Shown here one piece after another: positions 8,701 to 16,811 of a stretch of 24,000 bases of DNA. Numbering within the stretch: the stretch's first letter is position 1; each line of letters opens with the position of its first letter. The notes beneath the pieces were generated by a model. That model was not told where the DNA came from and did no database searches. It saw only the letters and a list, made by a program, of their open reading frames with translations. A program made the position numbers and the translations under genes. Source of the stretch: Thermoplasmata archaeon. GTDB lineage: Archaea; Thermoplasmatota; Thermoplasmata; RBG-16-68-12; JAFNFQ01. The stretch lies in assembly GCA_041489255.1 (NCBI GenBank), contig JBGPQV010000003.1:53448-77447 (forward strand), given 5' to 3'.

Positions 8701-11700
8701 CGGGGACTTTCAGATAGAGCTCGGTGTCTCCGCCGGTGTCTCCGCCAGCATCCTCAAAGAGCGTCCATGTATACCAATACGTCCCCACCTCCGGAGTTGC
8801 GCATTGGCCTGCATCATTGGTGCTACAAAGCCACTTGGGCCATTCCTCATACGCAGCGGCGCCGAACTCGGTGCCGTCTTTCGCCCCATCTGCATCGAAA
8901 TCGCGCTGGAAGCTGTCAGCCATGGCGAAATCGCCTAGGGCGCCAGAAAGAGACCAGACGTAGTCATACGCGGTATTCCTCCAAGTCTCCTCACCGATGT
9001 ACTTATGTTTCATCGGAACCCATTCGCCTGCGTCCCCATTCCCATCCCAATGATACATCAAGAGTCCATCCTCGCCCACTGGATTCCCTAAGTTGTCGAC
9101 TGGACCCTCTGGATAACTGATTTTGACCACAGCGCGGTAGCCTTGAGCTGACGAGGTCTCCACGTGAATCACCTGCCCTACGAGCCCTGCATCAGTGAAT
9201 GTCTGAGAACCTTCGGTAATGGTGACCGTTGCGCCAGGGTCAGGCATACCAAAATCGAGGGCCACACTCACTCCAAGGTCTCTGTTGACTGCAATCACAT
9301 CAGGCTCGAAGTCGGACGGGAGCAGGATTCCGAGCGTTGGGTTTGCGGCAGCGTCTGGGTCGATGTCGTATTCTAGGTTGCGAACGTCAAGGCCATCAGG
9401 TATCAAGTCGTAATCTGTGTCAGCGTCTGCGGGGTTGGTGTTCTGAAGATATTCCTGTAGGTTCGTGAGAGTGTCCCCATCCTTATATTCGGAAGAGTCA
9501 TCATAGGTCGGCAATAGTCCGTATTTCACTTCCCAACCATCCGGCATCCCGTCAGGCTCTGTGTCCGCCTGTATAGGATTGGTGTCAGTCTGGATTTGCT
9601 CCACTGAATCGGTTAGCCCATCATTATCGCTGTCAGGTATGTTCGGATTGGTCTCAGCGGTTCCCTCCAGCCCCGTCCATGAGCCAGTATCTACGCGGCC
9701 GTCGATGTCACGATCTTCGAATTCCCCCTGTTCGATTCCATCGCTGTCAGTGTCAATCCACCCGTCGGGCAAACCATCTGAATCGCTATCCACATTCAAC
9801 GGATTCGTTACCGTAGTTGGGTCCTCATCCGGGACGAATCCTGATGGTGCTCCCAAGGTCTGCGAGTCCCCGTCATTCTGCCAATCCGCAAGAGAATCGT
9901 AGCCTTGAGGCCAAGGGAGCCCTGCTTCCTGTCCGTCTGTCAGGTGATCACCATCTGTGTCGCGCATACTTGGATTCGTTTCGATGTTGTCGACACAACC
10001 ATCGCGGTCTACATCCTCAGTGCCGTCCCATAAACCGTCGTCATCTGTATCTCTATCCAGAGGATTCGTGGTTGTGCTTGAATCGGAATCTCTCTTGGGG
10101 ATGCCAAATATGTCTCTGTCCAGTGTGTCGCCAACCTCCGGCAACCCAAGCTCAAGTCCATCAGGAAGCCCGTCACCATCCGTATCCGCAATCGAAGGGT
10201 CGGTTTCCTCTGCATCGATGTTGCCGTCAAGGTTCTTGTCCTCGCTCTCCCATCTGTCAATCAGTCCATTCCCTTCCGTTCCCTGGGGATTCGTTGCGGG
10301 ATCGTAGTCATCATGGTCAGGGTCAGGATTGCCGATCAGGTCATATCCGGGTTCCTGCCAGCTGAAAAGACAGCCTGACGCCCCCAAGCCACAATCCACC
10401 CATCCATCTGGCAGCCCATCCTTGTCTGTGTCTATGCTTGTGGGATTAGTCGTCACGGAGTCTGGGACATCATATCCTGGTACACCGGTCTCCACTCCAT
10501 CCCCCAATCCATCATCGTCCGTGTCGGCATCCAGAGGATTCGTTAGATAGGTATCACTACCTCGAACGGCTTCCTCGCCGTCCTTCACGCCGTCATCGTC
10601 TGAGTCATCATCCAGGGGGTTCGTTTCGCCTGGACCATCTCCATCATTCCATACGCCCGCATCTGTTGCGCCATTCAGGTTTCGGTCTTCGAACTCTCCT
10701 GAATTCCGCGTCTGATCGTCATTGAAGTCAATCCACCCATCGGGTAGCCCATCATTGTCCGTGTCCCAGCGGAGCGGGTCAGTGACCGTGCCTGGGTCCG
10801 AGTCGATTCCAAGAAGACCGACCTCCAGTCCGTCGGGCAATCCATCCCCGTCTGTATCTGCTTGAGATGGATTCGTCTCTCCTGGCCCAGAACCGGGGCC
10901 GCTTCCGGCATCCCATGCCCCGGTATCCACCACACCGTCGAGGTCACGATCCTCGTATTCACCGACATCGCGCAGGCCATTGCTGTTTAGGTCAAACCAG
11001 CCATCGGGAAGTCCGTCTCCATCCGTGTCTATAATAGTCGGGTTCGTGGTCGTTAATGGATCGGAGTCAGGGCCATAACTAACGCCATCGACAATGCCGT
11101 AACCCCACGGAGGGGATAGCGTGTCTGAGGCGCGCATCGGGGAGTCGTCGGTGAGCCCCACCTCCAACCCATCCGAGAGATGGTCGCCGTCCATGTCTGG
11201 ATTGAGCGGATCTGTGATGAATGTATCCTCGCCTGCGAATAGTTCTTCCCAGTCTGTCAAGCCGTCGTTGTCGGTATCATCGCTCGTCGGATTGGTTCCA
11301 TATAGTTCGACTTCGGCATAATCGAGCAGCAGGTCCCCGTCGGTATCGGGATTGTTCTTATTCAAACCATTCGCGTCCTCCCATTCGTCCCTCAGTTGGT
11401 CACCGTCTGAGTCCAGTTCGATAACGACTATGGCAGTGTCATCGCCAAAGGACCCAGAAGCGTCCGTTGCCGTGAGAGAGACCGTGTATGTCCCAGATAC
11501 TGTGAATGTATGAACGGTATTCGGCATCATTTCGTGAGGGCTGCCGTCGCCGAAGTCCCAGACGAAAGTGAGCGGTTCACCATCATCATCTTCCGCCTCA
11601 GCAGAGAATATTATGGGCGCAGCGGCGCCATGGATTCTCCGATCAGGACCTGCGAACGCAGTTGGCGGAGTGTTCGCGACTCTAATAAGGTGAGTATCAT

Positions 11701-13960
11701 AGGACACAAGCCCGTGCTTGTCCGTCACACGGAGGGTAGCCGAGTACTCGCCCCGAGAAGAATACCGATGCATTGTGCGCGAGCCCGAGCCCGTCGAAGA
11801 GTCGCCGAAGAACCAAAGATAGGAGAGGTCGGACAAGTCGTCCTGGCCGTCGGAGGAATGGATGCCGCTGAGTACCGATGCATGCGTCTCTGCTCCTAGG
11901 GAGAGGACCTCAAAGGCGGCATTCGGAGCAACGTTAGAGACCGTAACGCTATGGGTCTTGGTGCTCATGACCCCGTTGTCGTCAGTGACTGTTAGAATCA
12001 CGCCATAGCTTCCTTCCCGCCTGTAGGAATGGGTAGGCGAGACGCCTGAGGCCTTAGCTCCGTCTCCGAACTGCCAATAGTAGTCCAGAGCCGTGCGATC
12101 TGAAGCTGTGTCGGTCGAAAGGGAACCGTCATAGTACACCATCGTGTCCTCATCTACTTGGGAGGGTGTGAATGCGAAGTCAGCGTTCGGCGCCCCATTC
12201 GTCACACTGACACGTCTGCTGTTAGCGCCCCAGTCCCCCTTCCCGTCTGTGACCTTCAGCACTACGGTGTACGTTCCGGCGCGCAAGTACGCATGAGTGG
12301 TCGAGGCGGTGCTCGTGGTGGCCGTCACGCCGTCGCCAAGATCCCAAAAGAAAGATGGAGCCGGCGAGGAGGGCCCGTCGCTGTCCGCGTATATGCCCGT
12401 GAAGGTGAATGTCTGGTCCTCGGCTTTTGTCGCCGCGTTCACGTTGACGGCCGTAATCTCGGGAGCCTTGTTGTCCAGCACCCCGCCCTTGAACGTGCAC
12501 GTGGCAGTGTTCGTGCCCCCATCCCCATCGTCGGCCTTCAGGGTGACGGTGTATGTCGTCTTGGAGGAGGGGAATTTATGCGTCACGTTCCACCACACAC
12601 GGTAGGGGGAAACGTGGCTTGGGTTTGCGAACGTCTGGACAGCGTCAGCGCTCCCGTCCCCGAAGTGCCACGTTAAGGTGAGGGCGTCGGCGCCGACCTC
12701 ATGGGCAATCCCTTTGAGGACGGACGATGTCGCCCCGACGATTGATGCGTACGGCGCGCGGTTCTGCACGGTGACGGTCACGCTGGAAGTGGTAGAAGCC
12801 GAATGAGGATCGGTGACCGCGAGGTTCACCGTCGCGGATGTCTCATCGTACCATACATACGTTGGCCTGCTCCCTGTCATCGATGCACTACCACTCCACG
12901 AATAAGCCAAGGCGTCGGCATCGCTCGACGTATCGGTGGACGCGGTGGCATCGAAGAGCACTGTCTGTGCTTCCGAAACGGTGATTGAATTGCCTGCTGT
13001 TGCCGTCGGCGCTCCGTTGGCGACGTTCACCACATGCTGCGTGGTTGACGTGGCGTCGTTGTCGTCGCGGACGGTAAGCAGAACAGCGAAGTTGCCCGGA
13101 GATGAATACGCATGGGTGATGGTCCTACCTTGGCCATACTGCCCGTCTCCGAAATCCCATGCGAATGTCAGCGGGTGCCTAGTGATGGCGTTGCCCGGCA
13201 AGGCGTTGTCAGTTGCGGTGTCTGTTGAACCCGAGGCGTCGAACGTCACTACAGCATCCATGTATGGACTCGTAGGAGAATAGACGAAAGAGGCAGACGG
13301 ATTGGCATTCACAATGACCACGTTCCGAGTCGCCGTGTCGGCGTTCCCGGCTGCGTCTCGCACGATCAGGTGCACGCGATAGGTTCCTGCGTATCCATAG
13401 GAATGCGTCTCAATGCCTGCAGTGCTCGTTGCCCCGTCACCAAAATCCCATTCGTATCGGAGATCCTCTCGCGGGTATGTGGCCGGCCACGAGGTCGTGG
13501 CATCAAACTGAATGCTCTCGTCCTCCGCCACGCTTGCGGTGTCAGCCGGAGTCGTGAGGATGACTGCCCCGGGAACTCCCCCTGATCCGTAGCTCGGACT
13601 CTTGATGTGGATGCGGATTGTGTCCAGAGCCATCGTCCCAGTCGACTCTTCGGCAACCAAAGCCACGTCGTAAATCCCGTCCGTTGTGAACGAGTGTACA
13701 GGTGAAGGATCCGTCGAAGAGGTGCCGTCTCCGAAAAACCATGTGAAAGATAAGGCATTTCCGGGTTGCCCGGGGCTTGACCCACTTGAGTCAAACTCGA
13801 TGTCTTCTCCCGGATCTGCCGGGTCTGACTCTTCGGTTCCGTCGAGCGCATCCGCCACGGCGACAGGCGGCGGATAGCTCGCCTTGACAAGAGTTGTGGC
13901 GCCTGAGATCACGGTTATAAAGGCCAAAGCCAAAGCCATTAGACTTCTCATCCCGATCAT
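5357..13960 (-). CDS. Giant (about 2867 aa) secreted surface protein: PKD domains, DxDxDG Ca-binding (TSP3-like) repeat blocks, a hydrophobic segment, and a putative toxin C-terminal domain
   Basis: ATG at 13960 is preceded by GAGGAGG (gacgtgaggaggatacattgATG). The signal peptide is MRSLMALALAFITVISGATTLVKA. PKD motifs include FDATTSWPATYPREDLRYEWDFGDG. There are many SDTDNDGLTDWEE / DTDGDGLPDGW repeats. The longer 14233 start given in the track is out-competed and would run into the IS element. Confidence 0.9.
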   Translation of the reverse strand: MIGMRSLMALALAFITVISGATTLVKASYPPPVAVADALDGTEESDPADPGEDIEFDSSGSSPGQPGNALSFTWFFGDGTSSTDPSPVHSFTTDGIYDVALVAEESTGTMALDTIRIHIKSPSYGSGGVPGAVILTTPADTASVAEDESIQFDATTSWPATYPREDLRYEWDFGDGATSTAGIETHSYGYAGTYRVHLIVRDAAGNADTATRNVVIVNANPSASFVYSPTSPYMDAVVTFDASGSTDTATDNALPGNAITRHPLTFAWDFGDGQYGQGRTITHAYSSPGNFAVLLTVRDDNDATSTTQHVVNVANGAPTATAGNSITVSEAQTVLFDATASTDTSSDADALAYSWSGSASMTGSRPTYVWYDETSATVNLAVTDPHSASTTSSVTVTVQNRAPYASIVGATSSVLKGIAHEVGADALTLTWHFGDGSADAVQTFANPSHVSPYRVWWNVTHKFPSSKTTYTVTLKADDGDGGTNTATCTFKGGVLDNKAPEITAVNVNAATKAEDQTFTFTGIYADSDGPSSPAPSFFWDLGDGVTATTSTASTTHAYLRAGTYTVVLKVTDGKGDWGANSRRVSVTNGAPNADFAFTPSQVDEDTMVYYDGSLSTDTASDRTALDYYWQFGDGAKASGVSPTHSYRREGSYGVILTVTDDNGVMSTKTHSVTVSNVAPNAAFEVLSLGAETHASVLSGIHSSDGQDDLSDLSYLWFFGDSSTGSGSRTMHRYSSRGEYSATLRVTDKHGLVSYDTHLIRVANTPPTAFAGPDRRIHGAAAPIIFSAEAEDDDGEPLTFVWDFGDGSPHEMMPNTVHTFTVSGTYTVSLTATDASGSFGDDTAIVVIELDSDGDQLRDEWEDANGLNKNNPDTDGDLLLDYAEVELYGTNPTSDDTDNDGLTDWEELFAGEDTFITDPLNPDMDGDHLSDGLEVGLTDDSPMRASDTLSPPWGYGIVDGVSYGPDSDPLTTTNPTIIDTDGDGLPDGWFDLNSNGLRDVGEYEDRDLDGVVDTGAWDAGSGPGSGPGETNPSQADTDGDGLPDGLEVGLLGIDSDPGTVTDPLRWDTDNDGLPDGWIDFNDDQTRNSGEFEDRNLNGATDAGVWNDGDGPGETNPLDDDSDDDGVKDGEEAVRGSDTYLTNPLDADTDDDGLGDGVETGVPGYDVPDSVTTNPTSIDTDKDGLPDGWVDCGLGASGCLFSWQEPGYDLIGNPDPDHDDYDPATNPQGTEGNGLIDRWESEDKNLDGNIDAEETDPSIADTDGDGLPDGLELGLPEVGDTLDRDIFGIPKRDSDSSTTTNPLDRDTDDDGLWDGTEDVDRDGCVDNIETNPSMRDTDGDHLTDGQEAGLPWPQGYDSLADWQNDGDSQTLGAPSGFVPDEDPTTVTNPLNVDSDSDGLPDGWIDTDSDGIEQGEFEDRDIDGRVDTGSWTGLEGTAETNPNIPDSDNDGLTDSVEQIQTDTNPIQADTEPDGMPDGWEVKYGLLPTYDDSSEYKDGDTLTNLQEYLQNTNPADADTDYDLIPDGLDVRNLEYDIDPDAAANPTLGILLPSDFEPDVIAVNRDLGVSVALDFGMPDPGATVTITEGSQTFTDAGLVGQVIHVETSSAQGYRAVVKISYPEGPVDNLGNPVGEDGLLMYHWDGNGDAGEWVPMKHKYIGEETWRNTAYDYVWSLSGALGDFAMADSFQRDFDADGAKDGTEFGAAAYEEWPKWLCSTNDAGQCATPEVGTYWYTWTLFEDAGGDTGGDTELYLKVPVKKGVLEQVKPVMGWDAPRVVLTFQPHKWSGSHDSNPTFPGLHVPDDGWAGYAAGVPFYISSSDGPQSLITVKVAVAYAIPTGETAWIDLVLGEAASWDLSTGEIGPLASDYAVSSVEVSGALYGWLEFRFDSPVLLEAETTYWMILRMFNGEFYWAASDDARIWANHALLYDVNFFESIDWTTDSGSLVYQMFCVDYPHDVSINIVTSEGDDNPEWKQEGYVSPDAGIPFPWTDHLIVLLDTDAINALLASYPDVDGYQFIPIRFHSSTKGDLLLESILVILGGRDYTPEDLLDSDSDGLSDGIEGLPAYSCLSSTNPDSDGDGILDGSEIDWWVDTDGDSLINACDPDSDGDGLWDGWNDNQGTPNQIWDSGELMGERNYRTSPVLSDTDGDGLWDGWHDTLRNQVWDSGEELGEVGYLGEPNPGGGYGTNPLEPDTDGDGLKDGEEVTGVYGWVTNPLNPDCDGDLLLDGIEILGWDTVMLTSVANVYEMTRILDDTSLPVHAQNMVSEAIRPLFTRYHVTSDPDKKDTDGDGLNDLMEFLQKVDPRKQDSDGDRMKDDIDDEPSVVELVVPYIDLSWSTSLCWEGLKCVHVTIVMSDNVGLGSLITVVDGKEYSNDDLYANIFDTRNKDFSIGFLDAFTGKTVDFYVVDVNGNANHYWLKQDTYFDRARDLLKDLTVKYLGPEVGGMAVGLWDCFSGMFTSIPSIMKNAGSLFDSGASFGHDLLNSGNPGDTLRNALGSLYDALVQQAENANPYDPVPDGDNDPWDMSNDHETFNYWYWIGNIIGMIVTAGAGAAVKGALEAGNIGAMITQALSKLGPLQRIISFAARAYEYFGRCTVKLALAGAIFAGSYALAELFGGFFEEMFANGIGLAGLVLMTKWSADVLGISDDILRGRTKALLRLPEAEVIGFEAAFPDRAIREGVWRSVTKDVIELEPGALERFGAWVRKNGANPLDEGAGADEVLKAWKASGLPDGIAVLKMGDGRFGQFHVIGRHIEGSIVSLDKDITSFFPTGKTITGYPIEKTLPPAMTDAQVWELLRDGLRNTPLGDIKLDTNSGNLIYTYKPHMYGIDEVTIVVRASDGSIISFFPVQGENVWAWIKALNDWRQQI

Positions 13961-14045
13961 CAATGTATCCTCCTCACGTCCCAACAATCCGCTCAATCCA
14001 ATTGAATGGGACGCACGGGGATAACCATCTAGCCTTAAATGTTTA

Positions 14046-14053
14046 GTCTCCCG
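14046..14053. repeat. Left target-site duplication GTCTCCCG
   Basis: Exact 8-bp match to 15102-15109, directly outside the IS inverted repeats. Confidence 0.9.
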
Positions 14054-15101
14054 AACTGTGTTGAACAAATCCCGTCTTTTTCTCCCTCCGACCTCCCGAC
14101 CTCCCGCCATCAGGGCATCTGCAGGAGCATCGCGTAGACAGCGAACTTCGCCATGACCTCCCTGTACATCAGGTCGAGCCTCCTCGCCATCACGTTCTCC
14201 CCGAATATCCTCTTCTCGCCGGAGAAGGTCCACTCAGCCGCCCACCTCATCCCATACCCGTGTTTCTCCCTCCAGCCATCGTACCCGAGGGACCTGAGCT
14301 CCCTCACCGCCCTCGGCCTGGCCGATGAGCCCAACGATTTGCAGGTCGCACCAGCCTTGATCCTGATCCCCGCCCCGATTCCTTTGTCCTCCAGGAGCTG
14401 GAAGTTCGCGCGGCTGTCGTAGGCGGCGTCGGCGAGGACCTCCCGTATGCGCCCCTTCCCCAGGGCCCTCTCCGCCTTCTCCAGCAGGGCGGGGAACATC
14501 GTCGTGTCGCCTATCCCCTCGTCGGTAGCTTTCATCGCCACGGGCCCTCCGTCAACGTCCACCGCCAGGTGCACCTTTATCCAGCCCCGGTGGCGGTGCC
14601 ACTTCTCCCTCATCCACTCCCCCCTGTTCGTGACCTTGATTCCCGTGCTGTCGAAGGCGATCACGAACGGCCCGTCACCCTGAGGCGCGGGAATCTCAAG
14701 CTCCATGTCGGCTATCCGCCACCAGAGGGTCGTGTAGTCGGCAGGCCTGACCTTCCCCACGAACTTCGACATGCCGCAGAGGAAGCCCTCCATCTGCCTG
14801 TACTGCATCCTGAGGATCTGCCTGACGGCGGCGAGGAATCGCATCATGCTCTCGGGGAAGCCGTATGGACGCCCCCTCTTCCCGCCGTTCATCGTCCTCA
14901 GTTCGTCTTCCCACGAGTCCAGCCAGTCCATGCTGAGGTACAGCTCCCCCCGCCGGACGAGCCGCTCGTTGTACCCGGGCCAATTCCTCTTATCCTTGTA
15001 GTGCCTTTCACCCTCGCTCGGCATGGGTCCCATCCCTGCTGACAAGGCAGGTTCTCATGCCGAGTTCCCACCATCAAACCATCGATTTATTCAACACAGT
15101 T
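14054..15101 (-). mobile_element. Complete insertion sequence (about 1048 bp), IS5-family-like, probably ISH1-type
   Basis: Terminal inverted repeats AACTGTGTTGAACAAAT (14054-14070) and the complement of ATTTATTCAACACAGTT (15085-15101) have 1 mismatch in 17. The element is flanked by an exact 8-bp direct repeat and contains a single DDE transposase ORF. Confidence 0.93.
14110..15033 (-). CDS. IS5-family-like DDE transposase (about 307 aa)
   Basis: VIAFDSTGIKVTNRGEWMREKWHRHRGWIKVHLAVD...VLADAAYDSRANFQLL...RWAAEWTFSGEKRIFGE. ATG at 15033; the 15045 start in the track is a TTG. Confidence 0.93.
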   Translation of the reverse strand: MGPMPSEGERHYKDKRNWPGYNERLVRRGELYLSMDWLDSWEDELRTMNGGKRGRPYGFPESMMRFLAAVRQILRMQYRQMEGFLCGMSKFVGKVRPADYTTLWWRIADMELEIPAPQGDGPFVIAFDSTGIKVTNRGEWMREKWHRHRGWIKVHLAVDVDGGPVAMKATDEGIGDTTMFPALLEKAERALGKGRIREVLADAAYDSRANFQLLEDKGIGAGIRIKAGATCKSLGSSARPRAVRELRSLGYDGWREKHGYGMRWAAEWTFSGEKRIFGENVMARRLDLMYREVMAKFAVYAMLLQMP

Positions 15102-15109
15102 GTCTCCCG
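15102..15109. repeat. Right target-site duplication GTCTCCCG
   Basis: Identical to 14046-14053. Confidence 0.9.
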
Positions 15110-15164
15110 CAAATGGACGGAGTTAAATCGCCTAAAACGCGCTCGATTCGTCCATGTTCCATGC

Positions 15165-15211
15165 CGTCCCCAAAGCCTCCGCCCTGGCGGGCGGGGGCAC
15201 CTTTCCTTTTT
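15165..15211 (+). repeat. Second copy of the stem-loop CCGCCC-TGGC-GGGCGG + GGGCACCTTTCCTTTTT
   Basis: Shares CGGGCGGGG(G)CACCTTTCCTTTTT and the upstream GTCCCC..AAGC.TCCGCCCTG with 2664-2716. Confidence 0.6.
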
Positions 15212-15446
15212 ATGCGGTCTTAGGCTGGAAGTGAGGCTCGTCGAGGGGCTGCCGACTGATGCTGTAGACATGTTGAAGCAGTACCTCGCAGGACAGATCG
15301 GCACGATGGGGCTCGCAACACGACTCGAAGAAATACGCATGAAAGCCGCCACACTGCCGGGCTCGTTTCTCAAGCCATGATTTTGTCGATATGATATCGA
15401 GTTTGCAAAGTATTTTATGTCCAGGCGGAGGTAGTAAAGTCACATC

Positions 15447-15869
15447 ATGCCCCCCGAGGAAGAGCGAGAAGGCGAGATGGAGGAACCTCAGGAGCTGGCC
15501 CAAGAACAGGCCCCGGAAGTCCCCGTGGCCCCGCCAAAGCCCGAGTTGCGCATCGTCGACTTCTCGACAAAGAAGATCAATCCGTTCTGCACCGTCTGCG
15601 GTCTCGAGAAGGACAAGTACATGGAGGTCGAGGTCAAGGGAGTGATCGAGTACACATGCAGGGACTGCTACCGCAGGTCGAGGGGCGCGCCCGCCATGCC
15701 TCCGGCGGCGACCTGCAGGAAGTGCGGAACGCCGATGCAGGTGGGCGACAACTTCTGCGGGAAGTGCGGCAACCCCGCGGTGCTCAAGTGCACAGCCTGC
15801 AACAATGAGGTGGAGGAAGAGGACAGGTTCTGCGCGAAGTGCGGGGCGAAGCTATCCTTCGCGGACTAG
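15447..15869 (+). CDS. Multi-zinc-ribbon protein (140 aa) with an acidic N-terminus
   Basis: Six CxxC knuckles: FCTVCG, YTCRDC, TCRKCG, FCGKCG, KCTACN and FCAKCG. The last four form a double-zinc-ribbon (DZR-like) pair. The gene is convergent with the JAMM gene and overlaps its 3' end by 18 bp. Confidence 0.85.
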   Translation: MPPEEEREGEMEEPQELAQEQAPEVPVAPPKPELRIVDFSTKKINPFCTVCGLEKDKYMEVEVKGVIEYTCRDCYRRSRGAPAMPPAATCRKCGTPMQVGDNFCGKCGNPAVLKCTACNNEVEEEDRFCAKCGAKLSFAD

Positions 15870-16811
15870 CACCGCAGATCCCCTGGGCAGCTTGAATATC
15901 TTCCTTGGCAGCGGGCTCGTCTCGTGCACGCGGAAGCTGCCGAGGTTCGCCTCGAAGCTCTTGACGCCGTCGAGCGAGGTGCTCCCGCCGCCGAGGCTGT
16001 TCCACAGTAGGAACACCACATCGTCCAGTATCTCGTTCTTCACGGCGGTGCGCAGCTCCTCCGCGTTCCCGCCGCGGACGAAGACTATCGGCTCCAGGAT
16101 CATCTCCAGCTCTATCATGGCGGTTGAGCCGGTCTTCGTGATGACCAGGGAGTTCGATTCCGCCCCGCCCTGGAGCGCGGGCACCTCGATCGTGTTCGTG
16201 TCCTTCTTGACCCTGAGGCCATCGCCCCGCAGGTCCCTCTCGACGAGCGCGAGCATCTCCTGCTCCAGGTAGCCGGGCACGAAGTCGACTCTGGGCAGGG
16301 TCGTCTCCCGCCTCAGGCTGAAAGCGAGCGGGCAGCGGTAGGACTTCATCTCCTCCTTGTAGGATATCGATTCGACGATCTCCGGCTTCACCGGTTGCGC
16401 GCCGTCCCTGAGCACGAAGAACTCCGTGTCCGTCCCGTCCGTCACCACGCTCAGGTAGTTCTCGTGGCGGGAGGCTCTGGACTTGAGGGTGCTGTCGTCA
16501 GTCGCGCTGTGGAACACCGCGTGATCTGTCTCGTCCCTGAAGGGATGGCTGTGGAAGATGCCGACGATGCCCACGTTCCTGGGGTACTGCATCGCCAGCT
16601 CGACCTCCTCCCTCGCGTCCGCATGCGCGCCGTATCTGCTCTGCGACTTGTACCTGGTGCAGGGGACCGAGTCGCAGACCCAGACCTCGCTCCTCCCGAA
16701 GAAGCCGAGGAGCCAGCCGATCGTCTCGACGCCTCTCGACCGCGCGACCTCGTTCACGTGGATGTTGATCTTTCGCAGCGCGCTCCGCTGCATGCGCACG
16801 CTGACCGTCAC
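15852..16811 (-). CDS. JAMM/MPN metallopeptidase, candidate deconjugase of the UFM1-like system (about 319 aa)
   Basis: GTG start at 16811 overlaps the E1 stop (GTGA). Residues read VETIGWLLG...VGIFHSHPFRDETDHAVFHSATDD, consistent with JAMM E...HxH...SxxD with a slightly longer H-to-S spacing. The 62 extra N-terminal residues of the 16997 ORF are out-of-frame E1 sequence. Confidence 0.85.
   Translation of the reverse strand: MTVSVRMQRSALRKINIHVNEVARSRGVETIGWLLGFFGRSEVWVCDSVPCTRYKSQSRYGAHADAREEVELAMQYPRNVGIVGIFHSHPFRDETDHAVFHSATDDSTLKSRASRHENYLSVVTDGTDTEFFVLRDGAQPVKPEIVESISYKEEMKSYRCPLAFSLRRETTLPRVDFVPGYLEQEMLALVERDLRGDGLRVKKDTNTIEVPALQGGAESNSLVITKTGSTAMIELEMILEPIVFVRGGNAEELRTAVKNEILDDVVFLLWNSLGGGSTSLDGVKSFEANLGSFRVHETSPLPRKIFKLPRGSAVLVREG

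Noticed and set aside
8900-11450. Regularly repeated GxxDxDxDG-coding sequence that could be mistaken for a DNA repeat or CRISPR array
   Set aside because: The periodicity is a degenerate coding repeat (Ca-binding TSP3-like), with no constant direct repeats or unique spacers. No CRISPR array is visible in the window.
5514-12676. Numerous 60-190 aa plus- and minus-strand ORFs inside the giant gene (e.g. 9817-10365, 12158-12676)
   Set aside because: These are alternate-frame translations of the repetitive DxDxDG/PKD coding sequence and show repeat-derived composition.
14569-15042. 157-aa plus-strand ORF inside the IS
   Set aside because: Antisense of the DDE transposase, with no recognisable domain and low-complexity Pro/His composition.
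15057-15380. 107-aa ORF
   Set aside because: It begins inside the IS and runs across the IS end and the target duplication, so the full frame cannot be a native gene.
2593-15416. Shared 12-mer GCAAAGTATTTT at 2593-2604 and 15405-15416
   Set aside because: It is short and AT-rich. It may be a promoter-like element at 15405, but the evidence is insufficient.
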